Shown here piece after piece: positions 1-5,110 of a DNA stretch of 7,174 bases. The notes below the pieces were generated by a model that saw nothing but the letters and a program-made list of their open reading frames with translations, did no database searches and had not been told where the DNA came from. The stretch is from a virus (Duplodnaviria; Heunggongvirae; Uroviricota; Caudoviricetes). Location: IMG/VR virus record IMGVR_UViG_2700989544_000016; one strand, given 5' to 3'. The number at the start of each line of letters is the position of its first letter. Position 1 is the stretch's first letter. The position numbers and the translations under genes were made by a program.

Positions 1-839
1 ACTTCATTTTTAGCCCAGCGAAGGATGCTGCCGTCAATGTTTCCGGCATCCGCATCACCAGGCCAGAGATAGTAGGCCAGCTCCCTGTCCAGGGTTTTCC
101 ATGTCTGCTTGTATTCGCGATGAATGGCGGCAGTTACAGGAGGGATTTTTTCTGCTGGGTTTTCAGTGTGCTGTCGGTTGGCTTTGGCGCGGGCAAGATC
201 AACAACAGACGTGTATTTTCCAGTCTCTTTGCGCTCTGCGTCCTGCCGTTTTTTCCAGTTACGTAATTCAGCCTGAATTTCGGGCCATTTGGTACCCGGC
301 TTACATTTGTGTTTAACCCATCCGATAGCGAACAGTTTGCGTTCCGGATACATAGCGTTAATTTCAGGCGTTTTCATCAGTGCTTCAACGATATGCCCGT
401 CAAAGGTAGCCACGTCTTCTTGCAGTAATTCCTGCGCGTCAATCGCCATATCAACGGTGATGTTTTCACATGTACCGAACTTAACCAGGACCGCGTTCTG
501 TACTTCAAGGGACAGCTTGTCAAAATTGACGTTAATAGGATCGGATTCTGGTTCGACCGGAATAAAGGAAGCGGATTCCTCATCCCAGCGGTTTTCCTGC
601 ATATATTCGGTATCCCAGGAGTCGATAGCAGGGCGGGGCATGCCGGGTTTATCTTCGCAGACAAGAAATTTATAAGCGCAGTCCTGAGCAGCAGGATATT
701 GCTCCAGGAATTGCCAGGTAAATTTGGCACGGGCGCGGCGTTCATCACCGGCTTCAATGGCAGTGGCTACAGCAACTGCGCCCTCTTCTTTTATTGCCTG
801 TTCGTCCGGAATGGCGGCGCAAATAAAGACTTTACTCAT
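1..839 (-). CDS. Hypothetical prophage early-left protein, N-terminal ~279 codons; the 3' end lies beyond the window start
   Basis: Uninterrupted minus-strand frame from ATG (plus 837-839) to the window edge, by my own translation: MSKVFICAAIPDEQAIKEEGAVAVATAIEAGDERRARAKF...GSILRWAKNE. GAGGT lies about 9 nt upstream of the ATG. Absent from the ORF track only because it has no stop inside the window. No family recognised. Confidence 0.6.
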   Translation of the reverse strand, partial: MSKVFICAAIPDEQAIKEEGAVAVATAIEAGDERRARAKFTWQFLEQYPAAQDCAYKFLVCEDKPGMPRPAIDSWDTEYMQENRWDEESASFIPVEPESDPINVNFDKLSLEVQNAVLVKFGTCENITVDMAIDAQELLQEDVATFDGHIVEALMKTPEINAMYPERKLFAIGWVKHKCKPGTKWPEIQAELRNWKKRQDAERKETGKYTSVVDLARAKANRQHTENPAEKIPPVTAAIHREYKQTWKTLDRELAYYLWPGDADAGNIDGSILRWAKNE

Positions 840-932
840 TTTGTTTTAACCTCATTACAGATTTAAGGGTGAACAAATCCCTGCCATTGCTGGCATATAA
901 AAATGAAACCGGATATTAATTACGGTGCTGTT

Positions 933-1124
933 TTAAAGTCCTGCCGGTATTTCGTTATTATTAGTGTGAGTAGTTTTATCTACCGGATAACAGTTACCGG
1001 GAATTTTTTGTTCTGCTGCTGCAGCCATGCATTCTTTCATTGAACCGTATAAGCCAGTCACCAGCTCAAGAGATTCGCCGGAAACAAGATAAACTGTCAG
1101 AACGAGTGCAAATGTTGTATTCAT
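933..1124 (-). CDS. Small protein (63 aa) with a hydrophobic N-terminal segment (MNTTFALVLTVYLVSG) and 2 Cys; function unknown
   Basis: ATG at plus 1122-1124 overlaps the stop of the upstream gene as ATGA (translational coupling). AAGGA Shine-Dalgarno 8 nt upstream. Track ORF 933..1124. Confidence 0.55.
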   Translation of the reverse strand: MNTTFALVLTVYLVSGESLELVTGLYGSMKECMAAAAEQKIPGNCYPVDKTTHTNNNEIPAGL

Positions 1125-1309
1125 TGTTTATATCCTTTTTGCAGCAGGTCCAGACGAGCCAGCATTGAAGGAATGCATACTTCATTTAACAGGTCCTGCT
1201 CGAGTTTTCTCTGCTTAATGGCGTCTTCAATAAATGTTTTGTCTCCAGTGATAACGCCAATTTCGAAACGAAGTTCAGACGTGCTGGCATTACATGATAA
1301 CTTTTCCAT
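1121..1309 (-). CDS. Small early protein (62 aa), possibly Kil-like host cell-division inhibitor (tentative)
   Basis: ATG at plus 1307-1309 preceded by GAGGA 7 nt upstream. Protein MEKLSCNASTSELRFEIGVITGDKTFIEDAIKQRK... The F.I..I.GD.K.F.E.A pattern resembles my recollection of lambda Kil, which I cannot verify. The 97-aa track form starts at a GTG with no RBS and is less likely. Confidence 0.5.
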   Translation of the reverse strand: MEKLSCNASTSELRFEIGVITGDKTFIEDAIKQRKLEQDLLNEVCIPSMLARLDLLQKGYKQ

Positions 1310-1785
1310 TATCGCGTCCTCAACAATGAATTTTGTGATGCGGTGCCTAGTGCCTCCAGGTGACGTTAACCAGTTAACAATTAACGCCGGATACAGAGAA
1401 TCCACCCATAACACTGTTTTTGGTTTTAACTGTTCCGCGTGCGCTGAGCCGCATTCACCGCATCACAAAATTCACTTTTAAAAAAGGGCGGCAGAGCAGT
1501 CACGGAGTAAAACTGATACTGCCAAATGTCACCAGAATATTGATAACAGAGGGCGTTGTAGCGGGGTTGTCACTTAAGCGTATGGTCAACCTGACAACCC
1601 GGTGTCCTCAACTGGGGAAGGAATAACCCCGCCATACTTACCGCCGCGCCATTTCGCGGATTGCCACAACCGGAAGCGCACGTTCGAAGAAATCTAACGA
1701 CAAGCCTTCTAAGGGAAAGAGCTTCGCCGTACGCTTTCGCGTTGTGTGCCTGCTTTTAACCACGTCAGGCGAGGTGGTTTCCGTC

Positions 1786-1814
1786 GTTCCCCAACGACAG
1801 GAAATCTGTATAAT
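1786..1814 (+). promoter_or_regulatory. Putative plus-strand promoter for the small-ORF/membrane-protein insert: TG-TATAAT -10 with a weak -35, overlapped by a palindrome
   Basis: Perfect TATAAT at 1809-1814, immediately preceded by TG (1807-1808). The -35 position (1786-1791, GTTCCC) is poor. Inverted repeat GTCGTT-CCCC-AACGAC at 1783-1798 overlaps the -35 zone. Confidence 0.3.
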
Positions 1815-1847
1815 CTGGATATCCCCAACAACAGGAAGGTGTTTTAT

Positions 1848-2006
1848 ATGGTGGTTCAAAAGAATTGTTCAGGTACTGGTAAGCCTGCGGACAGGTCGGA
1901 CATTCCGAATACCAGGAAACATATACCTGAGAAAAACATTCGACCAAAACCATCTCCAGCTCCTTCAGAGGAGAGGGGGAACAGCAACAATCAAACAAGC
2001 AGGTGA
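1848..2006 (+). CDS. Small basic, low-complexity protein (52 aa), possibly the leader gene of the insert operon
   Basis: ATG at 1848-1850 with a strong AGGAAGG Shine-Dalgarno (1833-1839, 8-nt spacing). Its TGA (2004-2006) lies inside the RBS of the next gene. Translation MVVQKNCSGTGKPADRSDIPNTRKHIPEKNIRPKPSPAPSEERGNSNNQTSR. Coding status uncertain. Confidence 0.35.
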   Translation: MVVQKNCSGTGKPADRSDIPNTRKHIPEKNIRPKPSPAPSEERGNSNNQTSR

Positions 2007-2012
2007 TGATAT

Positions 2013-2459
2013 ATGGACCGGGATGATATTCTTGACAGGGTTTTATATGGTTATTTTCTTGAACAACTATTCTCTGTAGCGACTGGTCGTCTCGATAAAC
2101 TTCTCTCAGTGGTGAGTATTATCCTCGGTTCATCTGTCATTGGTGGATTTATTCCTGAAGTTTCTGGAGTTCTCATTGTTGTGATAGCAACCGTTCAAAC
2201 GATTTACGGATTCGGACAAAAGTCAGGTAACGCAATGAGAAAATCCGCAGAATATCTGCAGCTTTATGATGATGCAGAAAAATATTCCGATTCGGAATTG
2301 AAAATGCAGTTAAAGCTCCTGGAAAAAACAGATGATAATATTTGGTCGTCGCTTAAAGATATCGCAATCTTAAAAACCCAGATCAAAATAGGAATCTCCG
2401 TAGAACAACAAGAGAAACTGTCTGCAAAATCCAAATTGATGCGATTCCTTTGTGGTTAG
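2013..2459 (+). CDS. Two-transmembrane-helix protein (148 aa); candidate superinfection-exclusion / abortive-infection protein, in the position SieB occupies in Rac
   Basis: ATG 2013 with AGGTGA (2001-2006) 6 nt upstream. Two adjacent hydrophobic segments (LLSVVSIILGSSVIGGFI and VSGVLIVVIATVQTIYGF) followed by a charged C-terminal domain. Visibly AT-rich relative to flanks. Opposite strand to the surrounding early-left genes. Confidence 0.6.
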   Translation: MDRDDILDRVLYGYFLEQLFSVATGRLDKLLSVVSIILGSSVIGGFIPEVSGVLIVVIATVQTIYGFGQKSGNAMRKSAEYLQLYDDAEKYSDSELKMQLKLLEKTDDNIWSSLKDIAILKTQIKIGISVEQQEKLSAKSKLMRFLCG

Positions 2460-2574
2460 GAATACCCAGATTGTTAAAGAGCATGCCGGATGCTTACCCG
2501 TGTCCGGCGAACGTATTCCACTTCGCCTGTGGAGAACTCTTTAATTACTAACCTTCATCAGTCAGAGTTTCTTG

Positions 2575-2709
2575 CTAACCAGCGACGCGCGCCAGCTTCC
2601 GTTTTAAACGTTTTGCTTCTGGTAACGTCATCGCGGTGAACGTGCCGTCCAGGTTGGGGAATACTCCGCATACCAGAGATTCGTTGTTGCCAAGATTGAG
2701 CATATCCAT
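2575..2709 (-). CDS. Small ORF (44 aa) MDMLNLGNNESLVCGVFPNLDGTFTAMTLPEAKRLKRKLARVAG; possibly YdaG/YdfB-like small prophage protein (tentative)
   Basis: ATG at plus 2707-2709 with GAGGT 4 nt upstream; stop TAG at plus 2575-2577. Below the ORF-track length cutoff. Lies downstream of the minus-strand promoter at 2890-2917. The family assignment rests on memory only. Confidence 0.35.
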   Translation of the reverse strand: MDMLNLGNNESLVCGVFPNLDGTFTAMTLPEAKRLKRKLARVAG

Positions 2710-2889
2710 GTTGACCTCATTTACCCTTAACGCCGGGTCGCGGAACTAAAAACCTGCTGCGCTGTTATACAAAGTGTTCCCGCCGTCATGTTCTTACGCC
2801 TCGGGCTGGCTACTTAACCCCTGACCACTGCCTGGTAACTCTAGGTATTGCCCTGCGTTCTGTGGGGCGGAGTGGGTTGGTAAAATCAG

Positions 2890-2917
2890 TTTATACAAAA
2901 ATAAACTAAACAGTCAA
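2890..2917 (-). promoter_or_regulatory. Strong sigma70-like promoter on the minus strand (TTGACT, 16-nt spacer, TATAAA), positional analogue of lambda pL
   Basis: On the minus strand: -35 TTGACT (plus 2912-2917), 16-nt spacer, -10 TATAAA (plus 2890-2895) preceded by TG. Lies immediately downstream of the terminator hairpin of the repressor/TA operon and fires leftward. Confidence 0.4.
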
Positions 2918-2946
2918 TATTTAACTTAACTCTTTGGCAAGAATAA

Positions 2947-2962
2947 CCCCTCTTGAGAGGGG
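2947..2962 (-). terminator. Intrinsic terminator-like hairpin ending the repressor/toxin-antitoxin operon
   Basis: Perfect 6-bp GC-rich stem CCCCTC/GAGGGG with a 4-nt loop, 10 nt after the toxin stop. On the minus-strand transcript it is followed by UUAUUCUUG. Confidence 0.5.
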
Positions 2963-2972
2963 CTTAGGGGGA

Positions 2973-3260
2973 TTAAGGTGTTACAGGGAACTGTCGGCGG
3001 GCGTGAACTACGTTAACAATTTCAATGCCTGAAATTGTCACGCGGTACAGAATGATGTAATTGGGGTGAGCTACAATTTCACGCAAACCAGGCACTCTGT
3101 CGCTTGGCGGGTATAAATACGGATGTTCAGATAATGGCAGGACGCAAGTCCTTAAGCGTTTCCACAAACGTTCTGCCGCATCTATGTCAAAACGTGCAAT
3201 ATAGCTGGTTATATTATCTAGGTCGGCATCTGCGCTTTCGAGCCATAAAACCGGTAACAT
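2973..3260 (-). CDS. parE: Type II toxin, RelE/ParE superfamily (ParE-like), 95 aa
   Basis: Track ORF 2973..3260. The sequence MLPVLWLESADADLDNITSYIARFDIDAAERLWKRL...REIVAHPNYIILYRVTISGIEIVNVVHARRQF matches the conserved layout of ParE/RelE toxins. The start abuts the antitoxin stop. Confidence 0.85.
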   Translation of the reverse strand: MLPVLWLESADADLDNITSYIARFDIDAAERLWKRLRTCVLPLSEHPYLYPPSDRVPGLREIVAHPNYIILYRVTISGIEIVNVVHARRQFPVTP

Positions 3261-3452
3261 TTACTGTTTGCTCCGTTCCTTGCGCATGTTAGCAAAGCGT
3301 TCAGCCATTCTGCGTTCAACTTCGTCATGGGGAATGGCTGGACGTGGATCAGCAAGGCTTGCGGCCACTTTTGCACGCAGCCATTCGTTATAACTATTTT
3401 CTTGCTCGACGGTTTCAAATTCAGAAACCATTGGTGAAAGGGCCGTGTTCAT
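3261..3452 (-). CDS. paaA: Small antitoxin (63 aa) cognate to the ParE-like toxin, PaaA2-like
   Basis: Sits immediately upstream of the toxin and is adjacent to it. Size, order and charged C-terminal half fit PaaA-type antitoxins of three-component paaR-paaA-parE modules (from memory of E. coli O157 prophages). GAGG lies 9 nt upstream of the ATG at plus 3450-3452. Overlaps the regulator gene end by 32 nt. Confidence 0.7.
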   Translation of the reverse strand: MNTALSPMVSEFETVEQENSYNEWLRAKVAASLADPRPAIPHDEVERRMAERFANMRKERSKQ

Positions 3453-3882
3453 GGTGAACCTCGTCTTGTAAGTGCTGGTAATCCTGCCTAGGAACTTTTT
3501 GTTGTGCTGCTAGCCACTTTGCAACTATACGATCCATTGTCTCTTTTTTCTCTTTCATATCTTTAAGCATTTGCTGTTGCTCTTCCTCTGGAAATGCCTC
3601 AAATGTTTGAAGTAGTTCCTTTTGCGTAGGGGTTATTTTTAATATATCCTGTGCCCTGTCCTTATTTTCTTCATTTAATGGTAAGAAAAACCAATACTGA
3701 GGAAATCCAGTCACATCAGATAGTTTATCTAGGTTGGCTGCTGTAGGGCTTGAGATGCCACAAGCCCACCTTTGGACGGATTGTTGAGCAATACCAATTC
3801 TGCGCGCAAGTTCTGCTTGGCTCCAGCCTTTTGCCAATAGAAGCATCTTAATTCTAAGAGCACTAATTTCGAGTACGCCCAT
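3421..3882 (-). CDS. paaR: HTH_XRE transcriptional regulator (153 aa), PaaR-like / DicA-like, paralogous to the adjacent repressor
   Basis: N-terminal helix-turn-helix (SQAELARRIGIAQQSVQRWACG). The central segment ITPTQKELLQTFEAFPEEEQQQMLKDMKEKKETMDRIVAKWLAAQ is clearly homologous to the C-terminus of the neighbouring repressor. No LexA-type peptidase domain. Confidence 0.8.
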   Translation of the reverse strand: MGVLEISALRIKMLLLAKGWSQAELARRIGIAQQSVQRWACGISSPTAANLDKLSDVTGFPQYWFFLPLNEENKDRAQDILKITPTQKELLQTFEAFPEEEQQQMLKDMKEKKETMDRIVAKWLAAQQKVPRQDYQHLQDEVHHEHGPFTNGF

Positions 3883-3912
3883 CTGATATCTCTTGTTTTA
3901 GTAAGTATCCCG

Positions 3913-4284
3913 TCAGGCTCGGCGACCCTGCCGCGCCAACCAACGTGCAACAAGATCTTCCATTGCCTCTTTTTTGTTTCTTAGCTCTTTTATGATTTCC
4001 TGCTGCTCAGCGTCAGGAAAAGCACTAAATATTTGCAACAATTCCAATTGGTTAGGCGTTAATGCCATAGTTCTTGATGACGGAGATTCTGTTGTATCTT
4101 CAGGTTCCATATCAAGATACCCCCCAGGCATCCCATATGTTTGCTCAATACGTCTAGCTGCCTTTTCGCCAAACGTAGCTTTACCGCTCATTAACTGAGA
4201 TAAGTAACTTTTCTCTTTAGGCGGCAAAGTCCTGTCTTTGAACCACTCTTTGAGGCGTAAACGCCGAATCTCTTTTGTTTCCAT
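3913..4284 (-). CDS. Prophage repressor (123 aa), DicA/RacR-like, lacking an S24 peptidase domain
   Basis: Sits at the divergent promoter region opposite the cro-like gene. N-terminal phage-CI-type HTH (KEKSYLSQLMSGKATFGEKAARRIEQTYGMPGGYLD). C-terminal LTPNQLELLQIFSAFPDAEQQEIIKELRNKKEAMEDLVARWLARQ resembles my recollection of DicA. No SD before the ATG, consistent with a leaderless transcript. Confidence 0.8.
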   Translation of the reverse strand: METKEIRRLRLKEWFKDRTLPPKEKSYLSQLMSGKATFGEKAARRIEQTYGMPGGYLDMEPEDTTESPSSRTMALTPNQLELLQIFSAFPDAEQQEIIKELRNKKEAMEDLVARWLARQGRRA

Positions 4285-4290
4285 ACATGC

Positions 4291-4370
4291 ATTATCTTTA
4301 GTAATCGCAAAACAAGCAAATGCTTGACTGGTTTATTTAGTTGCGAATAAACTCTTGCTTGTTCTAAATG
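4291..4370. promoter_or_regulatory. Divergent promoter/operator region of the genetic switch
   Basis: Inverted repeats AACAAGCAA (4311-4319) / TTGCTTGTT (4355-4363) and TCGCAA (4305-4310) / TTGCGA (4341-4346); palindrome CAAGCA-AA-TGCTTG (4313-4326). Rightward -35 TTGACT (4324-4329) with a weak -10 (ATAAAC, 4347-4352). Leftward -35 TTGCTT (plus 4314-4319) and -10 GATAAT (plus 4291-4296), ending 6 nt before the repressor ATG. Confidence 0.5.
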
Positions 4371-4386
4371 TGCTGAGATAAAAATT

Positions 4387-4668
4387 ATGACGCTAAAGGA
4401 ATTCATCAAATCATTAAAAACTGGAGAAGCAAAAAAATTTGCGACCAATCTTGGTGTGTCTCCGTCTTTCTTGTCCCAAATGGCATCTGGAACTTCACCT
4501 GTGTCTCCTGTTCGTGCGTTGATGATAGAAGCAGAAACTGGGGGACATGTTACAAGACGAGAATTGAGACCTAATGACTGGGAGCTTATATGGCCCGAAT
4601 ACACGGGAATCACGTCCCCTTCACGTCACAAATATGAACTTAACACCAAAAAGGCTGATGGAGGTTGA
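4387..4668 (+). CDS. Cro-like HTH protein (YdaS-type), 93 aa
   Basis: Divergent from the repressor. The N-terminal sequence KKFATNLGVSPSFLSQMASG reads as an HTH. Track ORF 4387..4668. Weak RBS. Confidence 0.7.
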   Translation: MTLKEFIKSLKTGEAKKFATNLGVSPSFLSQMASGTSPVSPVRALMIEAETGGHVTRRELRPNDWELIWPEYTGITSPSRHKYELNTKKADGG

Positions 4669-4671
4669 TTC

Positions 4672-5097
4672 ATGAAAATCAAGCATGAGCACATCCGCAT
4701 GGCGATCAATGCTTGGGCCTATCCGGACGGTGAGAAAGTTCCTGCAGCTGAAATAGCCCGGACTTATTTCGAACTGGGGATGACGTTCCCTGAACTGTAC
4801 GACGATACTCATCCAGGCGCTCTGGGTCTTAATACCCAGAAGATTTTCCGCTGGGTAAAGAAAGATACTCCTGATGCCGTTGAAAAAATGCAGGCTCTGT
4901 TACCAGCTATCGAAAAAGCAATGCCGCCTCTGCTGGTGGCCCGAATGCGCAGCCACAGTTCCGCTTATTTTCGGGAGTTGGTAGAGACGAAGGAACGGCT
5001 GGTGAAAGATATTGATGATTTCGTTGCATCAGCGATCGTTCTGTTCGATCAGATGAATCGTGGTGGCCCGGCAGGAAACACTCTGGCTGTGCATTAA
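4672..5097 (+). CDS. YdaT-like protein (141 aa), probable functional analogue of CII
   Basis: ATG 4672 with a strong GGAGG (4660-4664, 7-nt spacing), 3 nt after the cro-like stop. Position after cro, and the MKIKHEHI... start, match my recollection of YdaT-family proteins; unverified. Confidence 0.55.
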   Translation: MKIKHEHIRMAINAWAYPDGEKVPAAEIARTYFELGMTFPELYDDTHPGALGLNTQKIFRWVKKDTPDAVEKMQALLPAIEKAMPPLLVARMRSHSSAYFRELVETKERLVKDIDDFVASAIVLFDQMNRGGPAGNTLAVH

Positions 5098-5110
5098 TTG
5101 GGTAATAAAT

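Noticed and set aside
101-757. Track ORFs 101..316 (+), 289..675 (+) and 377..757 (-)
   Set aside because: All lie inside, and out of frame or antisense to, the long minus-strand ORF 1-839, which has a proper ATG and RBS. Their translations are low-complexity (Ser/Cys-rich) shadow frames.
1121-1414. Long 97-aa form of the Kil-like ORF
   Set aside because: It starts at a GTG with no upstream Shine-Dalgarno, whereas the internal ATG at 1309 has GAGGA at ideal spacing.
1614-1630. Small hairpin GGGG-AAGGAATAA-CCCC
   Set aside because: Only a 4-bp stem with a 9-nt loop and no U-tract on either strand; too weak to call a terminator. The GAATAACCCC motif it shares with 2941-2950 may be coincidence.
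1420-2079. Track ORFs 1420..1626 (+), 1638..1859 (-), 1744..2079 (+), 1746..2006 long form (+) and 1765..1998 (-)
   Set aside because: They begin at TTG or GTG, overlap each other in several frames and lack RBS. Only the ATG-initiated 1848..2006 sub-ORF has a strong Shine-Dalgarno and was kept, at low confidence.
3104-3418. Track ORFs 3104..3292 (+) and 3218..3418 (-)
   Set aside because: Antisense or out-of-frame overlaps of the toxin and antitoxin genes, which have far better support.
3729-4198. Track ORFs 3729..3953 (-) and 3974..4198 (+)
   Set aside because: Shadow ORFs overlapping the two repressor genes; no RBS and no recognisable features.
3421-4284. LexA/CI-type autocleavage domain in the repressors
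   Set aside because: Both proteins are too short (123 and 153 aa) and show no Ser-Lys peptidase motif, so they are called DicA-like repressors that do not self-cleave.
4191-4812. Track ORFs 4191..4613 (-) and 4621..4812 (-)
   Set aside because: They would run through the divergent promoter/operator region and lie antisense to the cro-like and CII-like genes, which is incompatible with the switch architecture.
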